From Camelus ferus (Eukaryota), in the NCBI RefSeq assembly GCF_009834535.1, contig NC_045696.1:74154001-74218000 (forward strand): DNA of 64,000 bases, given 5' to 3'. Below the pieces are notes generated by a model. It made no database searches, was not told the origin of the DNA, and worked only from the letters and a program-made list of their open reading frames with translations. The position numbers and the translations under genes are program-made. This document shows positions 1 through 13,149 of the stretch, piece after piece. The number at the start of each line of letters is the position of its first letter. Position 1 is the first letter of the stretch.

Positions 1-189
1 TACAGGCAAGTGAGTTTCAAAAATGCCATCTACCTGTGTTGCTGGGATGGAACTCAAATACTTCTTTCCCATCAATCCCCACTTGCTTCTCTACCACATT
101 CTCTCCTAAGTTCTACTGACCTGTTTTTAGGTTTCTAAATCTCTCCCCAACTCCCTCCCCTTCCTCCATCTGCCTCTTCTCTTGGTGAT

Positions 190-562
190 GGAGACCAGCC
201 TATTTGCTTGGAACCCTTTCTGTCTCCATCCCCTCTTGTCGTATGCTACTTATAATTAACCCTCACAACTCCTTTCAGGCATCAAGCTTCCTAGGAAGCT
301 TTTGTAATTGCTTTTCTAACCAAATCCTGGTCACCTAAGTTGTTTTAGAAGCTTTTTCTATGGCTCCCCATAGCTCCTTATGTGTACCCCAACTTGGCAC
401 TCCTCAGGCTCTGTTTAGTTATATGTCTACTCATCTGTCTCCCAGACCAGACTCTAAGTTCCTTGAAGTCAGGGATCCCATATTTTTCTTTGATGGGTTC
501 CCAACTTCTGTGCCAATGCTTGACACAGCTAACAAAGTATATTAATTGATTGTTGAGTGATG
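190..562 (+). mobile_element. L2 LINE 3' fragment
   Basis: Degenerate L2 tail motifs: ctgtctccc...agactctaagttccttgaagtcaggga...tgccaatgcttgacacag...ttgttgagtga. Confidence 0.7.
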
Positions 563-1149
563 ACCTGAAGCTCTGAAATACAGCCGAATGTCTTACAGAT
601 GAATGCTGAACTCTTTCTAATTAATTTGTAATTTCATTTTGGACCTTTTCAAAAATTTCCCCTCAAGACTCTACTAATACTTTACCGTATACATCCTAAC
701 AGAGGAAGAAATTGGCTTATTTTTTAGCCTTATTAATAGAGAAAAACATTAATTTTGTTTTCTGCTAATTTCAAATTTGTGAAAATTTAAATAAGGACTG
801 AGCTCAAGCTTAACAAATATGTTTCAAAGATGGTACAATTTAATCTTGTAGGCAAGAATGTTTAAATTATTCAAGGAAACAAATATTTAAATATTAATTT
901 AGAAAACAAATTCATATGGTGCTTATCAGTCATTCTCATATAGTTATTAATTTTATAAATTATAAATATAAAATAAAATTTATAGAATAAAGAGGGAGAC
1001 CAAAGACTTCTGCTAAGTAACGTTTTCTTTTTAGCTGTTAGCTGATACCCTTGAAAACAACAGAACAACCTCAGGATGTTTCAGAACATGTCAGACAACA
1101 TGAAAAGATTTCAACCAGTTCATGATAATGAATCTTGTAAAGAGTAGAT

Positions 1150-1310
1150 CTTTAAAGCCAGAAGCTCTCTTCCGCTAGCTACTTGCATGACTTTAAGCAA
1201 CTTAATCTCTGTAAACCTCAGTTTCCTCTTTTGAAAAATGTAATTGCCCTAACAATAGTGACTAATGTAATCCTTGGCTCAGCATGCCACTCAGTGCTAG
1301 TAGATATTAT
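1150..1310 (+). mobile_element. MIR SINE fragment
   Basis: MIR core: tgactttaagcaacttaatctctgtaaacctcagtttcctc. Confidence 0.75.
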
Positions 1311-1519
1311 TATACTAAACTGATCTAAATTAATGAGAGTACTTTATGCCTTCGAAGTTTTTCTTGTACTTCCTGATAATGACTGCAATGATATTCTTTT
1401 CAAGGTAGGAGGAAGATAAACAGTATCTTTTCGTTTTTAAGCATTAGAGTCCATGAAATGTTGATTTGCCCCATGAGTAGTCATCTGTTGCTGTTACTGT
1501 TTTGCTTTGTTTTTAATCT

Positions 1520-2480
1520 AACTGTAACCCTAACCCTTTCCTCTGGGAAACTCCTCTCTATATGGGGTAGATGGATTGAATCCAAGCAACTCCCCTTACC
1601 CACAGATCTGAGCTCAATATCCAGATTCATTCAACACGAATACTGTATCTCCCTCCTTCCGTGGTAGATTCATAATCCAAACAGGGCCAATCAGAGCCTC
1701 ACTATTAGGTGATACAGGGACAATGGGAGAAAGTGAGACTTTCTTCCTCTCAGATCAAGAGCTATGAGAATACCATAAACTAGAGCTGCTTTCACCCATC
1801 TTCTTTGGCTACATGGAAGGGGCCATCTGAAGGAGAAGAAAGTGAGATCAAAATATAAAACAGAGAATAATATGGCGCCGAATCAGAAATGAACATAGAC
1901 GAAGCTCTGCCTTTGGAATTGGAGGATCTGGAATTTAGATCTGATTGCATCAAATACTACTGTGTGACCCTCAAAATTTTTTTTCAGTTCTTTAAATGGT
2001 CAGTTCCCTAAATGTCACAGAAGAGGAGGAACGCTTACCTCCTCCGGGTGACTAAAGGACTAAATAAAATAACATATGTTAGCATTTAATTTTTTAAAAT
2101 ACAAATTTCTTTACAGATTTTATGATTCACATTAAAATTATATATGTATAATATGTATGTATATTTTATAACTGTCCCAATTCCTTTGACTTTAATACAC
2201 TTTTAAGTACTGATTACCCTATGAACTATCAGAAGTGTAGTTTGTACACTTCAGATTCAAACCTCTATTCCATCCATCCTGAATCTCATGATGTCTGTCT
2301 AGAGCATTTGCCTTCTGTAAATATTCAATAAATGCTGGGAAAAAAAAAAAGATGAATAGAGATAAACCCTGGATCAAGCCATGGACCTTTCATTTATGTG
2401 AAACAATATATTCTTTTTTTCCTTTGCATTTGAGCTATAAATAGTATGAATATAATTTGCAGTAGAAGCATTCCTACTTA
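1520..2480 (+). mobile_element. MaLR LTR (MLT1K/L-like) split by MIR-like (~1900-2090) and L2-tail (~2200-2360) sequence
   Basis: MLT1 motifs gggccaatcagagc and, after the gap, cctggatcaagccatggacctttc...tgtgaaacaata. Confidence 0.55.
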
Positions 2481-3297
2481 TATACTTCAAAGCAGGAGGA
2501 AACTGAGGCAGTAAGAGATAAAAATAAAACTAAACCCTTGCTGGTCAGTACAACTATTTATGATCAAAACATTTATATTCCAGAACTTTCAATTTTACAA
2601 ACATGTATCCTCAAATAACTATGAAAGAATGTACCTATCCTAGAAAATTAGAAACTCACAAATATCCATTCTTTTGTTACTTATTTCAAGCTATGAAAAA
2701 AATATTTATAGATTGTGACTCTGATATGGAAGAAAAAAAAACTGGGCTGTTTTGTTTATCCTCTTGGTATTTCGTATCACAAATTTACTAATGGAATAAA
2801 TGAATCTTTCCTCTTTCTATTAATCCCAAAATAACTTGAACTTTCAAAATGAGTGAATACTCTACTGATTATCCTAAAATTATCAGCAGTGTTTGGATAC
2901 GAAGTTCAAACCAAAGTGAAACTGAAGATTCTCAGGAGGGGACTGTGGTGTGGTGGGAAGGAGGAAATGTGATTGTTATCCCTGTCGTGAATAAAATTAA
3001 AGCCTCTTCTCTTGAATTCGTGTAAAATAATTTTCATTTGTATCTTCTCTGCTATAGCCTGAATTTAATATATGATCTAGTACTGGCAAGAAGTAATACA
3101 TTCAGGAGTCTTGCCCAACCTATATTATGGGATCTCTCATTGTCTAAAAAAGTCTTTCCTCTTGTCCACATTTTTTCCCTAGGATACTTCCAGTAGGTAT
3201 CTTTTGTGTGTGCTCAGAGATAGGTCTTGAGCTACAAGGTATGGCCACTGTTTACTTTCTCTTTTGCTTCCCACTTAACTTCCATCCCATGACACCT

Positions 3298-3868
3298 GGT
3301 AGTGGCCGACCCTTTTAATTACTTACTGACTCCACTTTTCACCTTCTCCCTTACTAAAAGGATCCTGACTTTGTGCAGGATGACAATGTACTCAGTCTCA
3401 GGGATGGGTAGTTGATTAGTATAGCCAATTATGGCTGGCCTGGTCCCAGCTGTCCCAGCCTTGCCAGAGGTGGTCATGTGACACTGCTGTGATCAATGAG
3501 ATCAAGAATAAGTTTATTCCAGGGTGGTTCTGGGAAAGCTTTTTCTTTCTTGATGAAAAGAGGCATACTCTGTTATGGTCTCTTTCACTGTTTCCTTCTT
3601 CCTGGCTTGGACATGAATTTGATGTCTAAATAGCAGCAGCCATATTACATACAATTAAGAGTTATGGACACGAGGATGGAAGCCGAAGTGCTAAGAATGA
3701 CAGAACATGAAGCTGGAAAAGTGTGGGTCTCTGATGTCATTGTTGAATGGCTGAACCAATGCAGCAGCTAGCTTTTATGTCATATGTCTTGGCTTGTATG
3801 AAAAGTACACTATTTGTTTAAACTACTATTAGTTGAGTTTTCTCTAATTTGCAATCAAATCCAATAAT
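3298..3868 (+). mobile_element. MaLR solo LTR (MLT1J/K-like)
   Basis: ggtggtcatgtgacac...caatgagat...ttctgggaaagct...gcagcagccatat...gggtctctgatgtcattgttgaatggctgaaccaa...tttgtttaaactact follows the MLT1 layout. Confidence 0.8.
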
Positions 3869-6467
3869 AATTTTCACATATGCTGTTTTGGTCTCCTTTA
3901 CCTGAAAAACCGGAGGAAGATGTCTCATCACGTCCTGTTGGACATCAGAATCTCTGCATGTTGCTGATGCTGGGTGGGCACATCGTGTCGTCTGGCTCCA
4001 GTGAGCACAACTGTCTCCTGTGAGCCTACCTATTACCTACTCTGGGCATCATTTCTTTAGTGTGACAATCCTGCTGATGTTCCTGCTGTTCATGCCACTT
4101 AAACAGTGAGCACATATAGTAGTAAAGACCAAACACCAAAGTGCAGTAATATTCTCAAGGTTCAGAATGAATATGGTCTGGAATTAGAAAGCAAAAGTGA
4201 GTCAGGTCTACATGATAGCACCCCCACCCCCCCACCGCCATAGATCCAGTTGTCAGAAGTGCTTCAAGACTGGACTGAGACATACTAATATGTTGTTTCT
4301 CTCAACCAACAAGATCTAACTACCTATTCAACATTTACTTAGTAGAGATGAAGAGAAACTGATTTTCTATTAATAAAAATTACACACCAAAAAAGGTAAC
4401 ATACTAAACTCACTTCTACTGCCTGAAGCAGATTCAATCTTCTAAAGAATCTGGTTCAGAAAATTGACAAAGAAAACTAGAGAACCAGAAAATTTTCCAT
4501 GAATTATATTAAAGGATTTAACATCTGGATATATCATGTGTTCACTCTAAATAACTTTGTGCCATTTTTTATTTTAGTAATTTTAGCTATCATTGCTGAG
4601 TTCAGGATCCTCTGAATATCCAACAGAATAGATAGGCACATCCAGCAGGATTGTTTGCATGTCCTTTTGGCAGAAGTAATACCAGTTTGCATTTTGCTAG
4701 TCAGCTGCGGGTGGAAACCTGCGTCAACTGGCACCTGTTTCTACTTTATCCTGTTAATGCCTTGGCACTCCTTAAAGACTGACATCCTGGGCAGTTGTCT
4801 GGTTGGCATGCCCCTTAATCTAGTTTTAGATGAGTCGAAGTTACTGGAGAAGTGCAGGAGGAGGAGAAAGAAGGGCATCTACAGTGCCCACAGGGCACTC
4901 CTCTGGACTGCTGGGTGCTGAGCATTCTCCTTGTGGGCGTTCTGCCTGCAGGCCTGAGAGGAAGGAGCACAGCTCCCGACAGAATGCGTCATATCACCAC
5001 AGGATGATCCTGATTCAAGCTTGTTACAAAAATTCAGAATCTTAAACTAAATCAGCTAGAACAAAATGGTATATCTGCTTCATTTAAAAAATTCAGAAAG
5101 CTCAACATATTTGTTGAGAATCTATTATATATTAAGCACTGTTCTAAAAAGCACAGGTGATGTTATGAGAATATCAGCAAAAGAGTTACTGAAAAAATCA
5201 CAATGGGATTGAAATTAGAAATGAACGTGGCAGTCATTGGATGATAGGCAAAATAAAAATGAAAATTATCATAATTGAGTTAATATGTGCATTAGTTGTT
5301 GTCTTCAACAACATCAATTTCACTTTGTCTGCTGACATGTTATTTTAAACTTCTTAATATAACATTGTATCAGCCTCCAGCTAATGGCAAGTGGATAGAG
5401 GATTTAGGCCCACTCAGTATTCTAGAAGAAGTGAAAAATGCTGTATAATATTTTAAGAAGTGAATTACCAGCAACTTTCTACAACTCAGCTGACATTCAG
5501 CACACAAGTCCACATTTATTTGGCCTCAGGAAATTATTGTAACTGGAGGGAAAACAAAATCAAAGATACACATTTTTAAACTTCAGCGAAAATCTGAGAA
5601 GTGTCAATTTTGCACTAAAATTTGGGGCCATAATTTTTAAAATGTACTTTCACTAAACTAGTTCTGACTGTATTGGGTCACTCTGAGAGAAGTGATGGTT
5701 CTATCATAAGTAAAGTTTTTAGGAAGAAGAATTTCTTCAGGACTGCAAACAAGGATTGCTGTCCCATGGAAATGATTGGGTCTTTGAAGTTGCATCTTGG
5801 AAGACTTTTTGTAATATCTTACAGCTTCACAAGAGAGGCCTTAAGCTTTTATAGCAAGAAAAATTAATAACAATAATATCCTTTAAAAGGAATTACTGAA
5901 ATAAATTTCTTCTACTGGACACAGAAATAACTGTTCAGCTATTTAAATACCTTTAGTCATGTATACAGATTTTCAATGAACATTTAATATTATATAATCT
6001 TCACTTTATATAATAGCTGAGTTTAAATAAGATCAGATTAAAAATTTGTACAGAGTGTCTTAGTTTTGTTGTCTTTTTAAAAATTAGAATATATTTCCTT
6101 TTAGAGGAAAAAAAATGTCATTAAAGGCTTGAGTTAAACATCTTTGATAAAAAACAAACCCTAATGGTTAAGTCCATGCTACGCTCCCCATCATATTTTA
6201 CCAACAGTAAAGATCTGTGGAAAGACAAAGTTCTTATTTAGCAACTCAATCATAATTTTTTTGAATCAAATTATCTTTCTTCTGTTCTTTCATAACTTTA
6301 AGAAATTCCTTATGTACTTTGTCATTCTCTTCTATTCCTGTTCCCCTGGTCTGTTTAATGTTCTCCCTGCTGTATCTGAGATTCCTTCAGCACTGCATTC
6401 AAGAATCTCTGAAATTGATGCATGGCTATTTTTTCCCTAATTTCTGGTTACATTACTTCCAAAAGTA

Positions 6468-6853
6468 TACATAGTTAGGTAACTCTAGCTGTTTAACAAA
6501 TACCAAAATTTCAACAGTTTAGCAAATTATGAGGTTATTCTATATTCATCTAATAGTGTAATGTGCATGTTTCTGGTTGGAGGGCAGGTTTCTTCTATAA
6601 GGAGATTCAAAGACTCCGGCTATTCTGTTACAAAGGTCCACCATTCTCTCAGGTGTTTTCTTCTTAACAGCCTTGCCTGGAAGTGACTCAATACTTCTGC
6701 TCCCTTTCCTTTGACAAAACCTTTTTCTATGGCTCAACTCAATCAAGTTGTGAGCAAATTAATCACTAGCTGGGAAGCTGCTTCCCAACTATGACTCTCC
6801 ACTAAGAAAAAGGCAGTACCAATTTTTATTAAATAGCTGCATATTTCTACCAC
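6468..6853 (-). mobile_element. MaLR solo LTR (MLT1I/J-like)
   Basis: Reverse MLT1 layout: tagttaggtaactctagctgtttaacaaataccaaaatttca...ggaagtgactcaatacttctgctc...ctaccac. Confidence 0.65.
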
Positions 6854-7265
6854 CGATTTGCAGTAGAACTAGACTACAATACACACTTTATCAGAAGATA
6901 GCATTATTATTAATGATGGACTCTAGCCTCAAAAGCTGTTTATATATGAGGGTCTAGGTCATGCAAAATTAATTTGAGGTGAGGAGATACACTGAAATTT
7001 CTTTATAGTACTTGAGCTTTCCCTACTTCAGCAAACCAGTAACTTTGAGAAAATGAAGATGCCTATAGTGAGAAAAAGTTAATTTATGTAATAAATATGT
7101 GCTGAACACATATTATGTGTTGAGAATTAGGTGACCTAAAACTGGAAATAATAAGAAATGTAAAACCCCATCCATGCTCTTGACTTACTCTTAGAAAAGT
7201 GGGCAGAGGTTTTTGGGAGGGGAGGGAGTACTTTGTGATGTTTATCACTATCTCTATAAACTTCT

Positions 7266-7577
7266 TTTTTTTTAACGATTTTTGTAAATGAAGTGTAGTC
7301 AGTTTACAATATTGTGCCCATTTCTGGTGTACAGTATAATGTTTCAGTCATACATCTACACATATATATTTGTTCTCATATTCTTTTTCACTATAGGTTA
7401 CTACAAGATGTTGAATATAGTTCCCTGTGCTGTACAGAAGAAACTTGTTATCTATTTTACATATAGTAGTTAGTATCTGCAAATCTCAAAACTTCATTTA
7501 TCCCTTCCCACCCCCTTCTGCCCAGTAACCATAAGTTTGCTTTCTGTGTCCGTGAATCTGTTTCTGTTTTGTGAATA
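7266..7577 (-). mobile_element. L1 3'-end fragment (~310 bp), cetartiodactyl-type, with 17-bp TSD
   Basis: Poly(T) then L1 3'UTR (gttccctgtgctgtacag; gtaaccataagtttg...tctgtttctgttttgt). TSD tatctctataaacttct (7249-7265) / tatccctatagacttct (7578-7594), 2 mismatches. Confidence 0.9.
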
Positions 7578-8544
7578 TATCCCTATAGACTTCTGAAAGA
7601 GAAATAGTTGACTCTTACTGGCTCTGAACTCCTACTTGCTCTACATAAACTTCATCCCTCAAATCTGGGTACAAGTTCCAAAGCAAATTTATGAATCCTG
7701 TACAAATTTGGAAAACAGTGTACATTGTCCTCTGTGTCAGATCATTAATTTAGTATCATTTGATAATGCTATTTCTAAATGTCAGGGGTGTCCTGGTTGA
7801 GCCAAAGCTAAAAATTAGATATGGTTGGTGGGTTGAGCTAGCTGAACTGCACTCCTCTCGTCTGTATGTTTCCAGCTGATGACTGACCTAGGAATATAAA
7901 GCATTTAAATAGTGTATCCCAAAAGAGATGACCTGATAGAATTATAGAATTCAAATTTCCAGGAAGGGGTGGACACCCCATCAAAAGAAAAGAGGATTTG
8001 GATATCGTTTTCTCAAGTCAAGAATGGGACTTGATGTCAGTTATACTTGATGTAAGTAAATGAATGAAGAAAGGAAAGGAGAGAGGGAGGGAGGAAAGAA
8101 GGAAGGACCTAGAAGCCTGAGAGGAGTAGTGGTTCTGAGCTAGGCACGATGGTCAGTACTTCAACATGACATTACTCCAATTCCTGGGCAGCATGTGAAC
8201 CTGGGAAGAAGGTGGGCTCTGCATGTACCATCTCACTAAATACTGTAACATGCACCCCTGCCGTGGGACCCTTATAAATCCGCCTCCCTCACCTGGCCCT
8301 GAGTGCCAACTATTCTCTGCTGATGGATAAATGATCTTCCCTGCCAAGGTGCAGGTCTTACCATCTGTGCTAAATACCAGGCTGCCTGCACGATGCTGCA
8401 GTATACACGTCAGCAGTCACTAGCATTGTAAGAAAATTCTTCCCTTTTTTTGTATATCGTTCAGTTGTTGGAGAAATCCTGTAGCCTATTTACCAGTCTC
8501 CTGTTATTCCTTGGTATTGACACATTGTCTTGGGGACAGTGTCA

Positions 8545-8760
8545 AGCTTACTTAGATACAGACTCAGACCAAGGTGCAAATCTTAGCTCCACCACTTTCT
8601 TCTGAAGTGACCTTTATCTTTCTGAGCCTCAGTTTTCTCACATTAAAATTATTTAAAACAGTAATGCCTGCCCTACTTCTATTAGAGCGTCTTTTAAGGA
8701 TCAAGTGAGATAATGTTTATAAAAGTGTATTGTGAAGCATAGACTGTTATACAGATTTGA
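8545..8760 (+). mobile_element. MIR SINE
   Basis: cagaccaaggtgcaaatcttagctccaccact...tctgagcctcagttttctcac...aggatcaagtgagataatg. Confidence 0.8.
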
Positions 8761-10179
8761 ATAAATTCTCTTTTTTGACCATTGTTAATTTGTAAAGGAA
8801 AATAGGAAAAACTATTTATGAGAAAGAACAAGCTCTTCTGAAATTCTCAGAAGTATTCCAGATGGCAAAAGTCATTTTCTTTTCACTAAAAGCTTAGCAT
8901 TTTGTTACCTCTGGTAGGGAACAGAGAATATAGAATTAAGAGAAAAGCATGATTGAAAGAGAAAGCACAAAGATGTTTTGTGTGGGCATTTCTAGGCGAA
9001 CGATATTATAGAGATGGTCCAACTAATGTGAACTTTGTTGAAAATGTTAAATGATCCTTGAAGTGACAGACAATACATTTTGTGTGATAGGACATATCCA
9101 CTTTTTAAATGAAATGATTTAGGAATCTTTTCAATTTGAGATGAACCCATAATTCAAAGGGGCTTGTCATAAATTATTAGTGCTTAGAATCTTGTTTGCA
9201 GCTAATATAGGAAACTGGAGACATTCTTCATGAACATTTTGTATTAAGTTGTAACTTCTTTTCTGAATGAAAAGAATATGAGTGGCTGCATTACTTGCAT
9301 GAACTTGAATGTCACCTTGGAATTTGTACCTGATAATTTTAAGACAGAATATACATTTTGAAAAATCCAACATTTAACTTAAAGACAAACTCTCAGAATA
9401 AAATTTTTACAATTTATTTTGGCATTAATAGGGTAACTAGTATCCTAATGACTTAAAATTGTTAATGTAACTCACATTTTGTCATTCTTTAGCCTGAACT
9501 TGTTCCAGCTTGGCCCATAGTTCTTGTTGATGTGAAGGTATTACCAAGGAGATTAAAGTGAGGAGTTTGATCCTAATTCAATTACATCCTAATCAAGCAA
9601 CCAGTTGAAAGAATATGCATGGGTGAATACTAGCCAACACCAAAACCAGAGAAACAATTCGAAATAAATTTCCTGCTGACGATGATCATTAATACCACCT
9701 TGTGGTGCAGAGATTCGCTCTTAAGCCAGGTTCTCTTTTCTCTGCATTTATTTTACTTTTTAAATTTCCCAGTGAGCAAATCCATCTTTGACAGCTTGTT
9801 CTGCAGTGTCATTTACATGATACTGAAAAGTTTAAAAGTAATTTTTAAAAAACATGCACACAAAGCAGGAGGTAAATAATTTATAGGCAGTAACTCTTCT
9901 TTTCCTGAAAGTTACTGAACTCTTCTAGTGAGTTAAGAATAATTTAAACAATAATGCTCTAACAGGAATGAGGGGGGAAAGGGAGAAAGATGCACAGTAT
10001 TTCAAGTACAACAACCCATTCCTCCATACATGCCACCAATTTATCCTATGAATTAGAAATTTACTAGTTATGACAAACAAGAAAATCTCATAGCTGATAA
10101 AATTGAGAAATCACCTTTGTATCGTTTTTTCAGTTGGCTTTAAATTGGTCTCCTAGTGTCTATTACCCCTCACCTTCTT

Positions 10180-10860
10180 CAGTCCCTCATTGTATCTACG
10201 ACATTAACATAGCCTCTTAACCAGTCTTCTGCCTTCTTCCCCTCTGACTGTCCTTCCACCACTGCCATCTGATCTTATTCTCACTTCAAATCAAAATGTG
10301 AGATGGCTTCTGCTGCCTGTAGGTTGAAATCTCAATTACTCACCTGGATTTTCAAGGTCCTCGATAGCAAGACATCTACCAAACTTTCTAGCCATTTGCT
10401 CCGCTTGGAATCTAACATCAATAATAAAGATTAGACTTAATAGAAATTATGAGTCAATCAAAGTTGATTAAATTAGAGATGATTAGAGATATCTCTAAAG
10501 TAATCTTCATTATTCTTGGAAAATCGTAGACATTAATAAATGATAACTGCGGTTGTCGTTTTTGCTGTTAGTGTTCTTATTGTCACTTGCTATTTCTTCC
10601 TGGGATGCCTGCACAAGTCTTGCCTTTAAAACTCCCCAATTCTAAGGTCCTCTCCCCCTCACTGTCCCACAACACAATACTGAAACCTTATTTATAACGT
10701 TTATCATTCTACTTTAGAGCAGTGTTTTCTTTCATTGTCTATTTTTTCATCATGATAATGAACTTTTGGGCAATAGGCATCATATTTCCACCTTAGCTTT
10801 ACAACTTCTGAAATAATATTTTGTATGCAGCAAACACTCAATAAATGTTTGTTGGATTAA
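10180..10860 (+). mobile_element. L2 fragments ending in an L2 tail
   Basis: atagcctcttaaccagtct...ttcaaggtcctc; tail cactcaataaatgtttgttgga. Confidence 0.6.
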
Positions 10861-10938
10861 AGGTATGGCATAGGAAAATCAGTATAAGTTATATAATGTG
10901 TTCAAATAAATTGTAAATTCATTTTACAAAGTATGACT

Positions 10939-11047
10939 ATGGTGACCAAATAACATATTGTTCCAAAGAAGGACACTGACAGTACGAGAGGATGTTATTG
11001 ATCATTATATGGAGACAGTAGGCACACACTAGAATGCATGGTCATCA
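10939..11047 (+). mobile_element. hAT-Blackjack MITE (MER94-like)
   Basis: Terminal inverted repeats atggtgacca / tggtcatc; internal ccaaagaaggacac...gttattgatcattat...gagacagtaggca resembles MER94. Confidence 0.65.
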
Positions 11048-11606
11048 CAAGTAGGAGAAAACTTCATGAAAACACAGCTGAATGCTGCAAATATTATCCT
11101 AATTATATTACCCCTTTCCCTTTTCATCAGGAAACCAACCTCGTTACAGAGAGAAGGTTGGGTATGATGAGGTTTTTTAAGTGAGGAGAACTAATAAAAG
11201 CAATTGGAGTATGTGCCACAGTTTGAGGGTCCTTGAAATAAGCATGGGTTGACAAGACTCCAGAGGATTTGAAATGAACACCCTTCTCTCTTTGTCACCT
11301 GGGATGAAAAGTATATGCAGAATGTTTTAAATTTGCCTGTCATGTTGAACAGAAGGGTAAAGAGGGAGTGTCCCTGGGCAGGCAAGTGTGCTGCCTCCCG
11401 ATTATAAAACCCTTGTCTGAGCTGTTTCCTCTCTCATTCCAGAACTCAGGCTGTAGCCTTCACAGCTCTGTGCAGTCTTCTGTTTCCACATTCTTCTTTC
11501 CTTATCTCTTAATGCTGGGTGACTGTTTTAAAGAGGTTTTATTCTACCCTCTGCACATCCTTAGTGAGCATATTCTTAAGCCATCAGTAGTGTTACCCAC
11601 AGTGTG

Positions 11607-12070
11607 TTGTTAAAAAAAATTCAGCCGAGGAAATTTGAAGATTTAATTGGCTTTCTTCTGTGATTCATGGATTGGGCAGCATCCCATCTAGCAACGAGAA
11701 GTGTGCTCCAAGGAGTTATATAAAATGAAAGTTTTTTTTTTTATAGAAAGGAGGATAGGGTAAGGAAGTCACAGCAAAAGATGAAAGTTCTTTTGCATCA
11801 GTACATCATCTTTTTTAAGGATGAGGGACCAAATGGGTTTTATCATGCAGATTGCCTCTTCTTCCCTAGTTGGGCAGGGGTGGGATGGAGAGGGCCCATG
11901 TGACAGATTACCTCATTGGTTCTGACCAGAAAATTCCAGAATGGTTGATTAAGATTACATTTTTGATGAAGGTTGAAATTGCAATTAGATTAGGTGTTCA
12001 ATCTAGGTTTGGCATCATGGGCTTTAGCACAAGTGACACCATTTGGGGCCTGTGTTTTTGCTCTTTAAAA
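11607..12070 (-). mobile_element. ERV1 (MER4-group-like) solo LTR
   Basis: Begins tgttaaaaaaaattcagccgagg...tttaattggc...gattcatggattgggcagc and ends ccatttggggcct...tctttaa; reverse-orientation ERV1 LTR, ~460 bp. Confidence 0.7.
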
Positions 12071-12334
12071 GTAGGAAGGGAGGGCATTTTCCAAGGAGGG
12101 CTGTGGTACCCGCCGGTGGAGGTAGCTTTGCGGTGAGTCAGAGAATTAGCAGGGCCCACGCTGGAGTCAGAACTCTGATGAAGTAGGGAGCAACATGTTC
12201 TGTCCCACTTCTCCCAGACACTAGACCTCAATCAAGGAATTTAGCCGTGCCCTTTACTGGGTGAGCATCTGGTCACTTAGCCAGTGTCCAGGACACAGAG
12301 TAACCATAATATCACACATGGTTCAATGAAGGGC

Positions 12335-12550
12335 TTTTAGTGTAGTGTCAGGGAAACTCTGAACTGAGAGCCAGGAGACCTCGAGCCCAGGATCTCACCT
12401 AGGCAGGGCCACCAACTAGCTGTGTGACTTTGAACAAGTCACATAGCAACCCTGTGTCTTAAGTTGTAAAAGATAGTAACACCATTGGATAATTTATAAT
12501 AATTTGGGTAGCTGTAAGATCATTTGTAAAACTGTAAATTGCTTCAAATG
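12335..12550 (+). mobile_element. MIR/MIR3 SINE
   Basis: gaactgagagccaggagacct...accaactagctgtgtgactttgaacaagtcac. Confidence 0.75.
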
Positions 12551-12944
12551 TCTTATCTTTTCTTATTAAAGCAGGCCACTTTATTCCCTATACGTTACAC
12601 CCTGAAGTCTTTGAGATATAATTGTTTCTTTTAAGTACTGTTCTGAGTAAAATTAACCTGTTTCTTTTCGTGATTGCAATTTTGGGGCTACATTACTGCA
12701 AGACAAGTATTATTACTTAATGAAAAACAAGTTAAGTAAATTTTGTTTTTCAAATTAAGGAAATTAGCTTGAGATGATATGGCTTTTGACAGCAAAAATG
12801 CTTGTGAGCCAAGCTGTCTAATTTGGAATGCAGATACACTCAGCTATGTAGGATTTAACTGATTCTTAAAAAACAGTATATTGTTTTGAAGCACGATGGT
12901 ATCTTAATGTATCTAATTTCATTAAGAGTTTGAGGGGAAAATAA

Positions 12945-13080
12945 CAGATTTTTGATCCAGTTCAGCTCTGCCAGTCAGTTGCTCTGTGACCTCTGGTGAG
13001 TCACTTAACATCTCTGGATCTTAATTTTATTTGCAAATCGCTTGGAGCAGATAATATCTAAAATCCTTTTTAGGTTCTAA
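12945..13080 (+). mobile_element. MIR SINE fragment
   Basis: ttcagctctgcca...ctgtgacctctggtgagtcacttaacatctctg. Confidence 0.7.
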
Positions 13081-13149
13081 AACCCAGGCTATTTCACAAG
13101 CATTACAATTTTAAAAGCAATTTTAAATTTAGATTTTTTTCCCTTTTTT

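Noticed and set aside
1..15. Splice donor (CAG|GCAAGT or AA|GTGAGT) at the window start
   Set aside because: The upstream exon would lie outside the window, so this cannot be evaluated.
8260..8435. TATAAAT at 8273 with a downstream GTAAG as first exon
   Set aside because: No clear Inr, CpG island or linked exon; the motif alone is uninformative.
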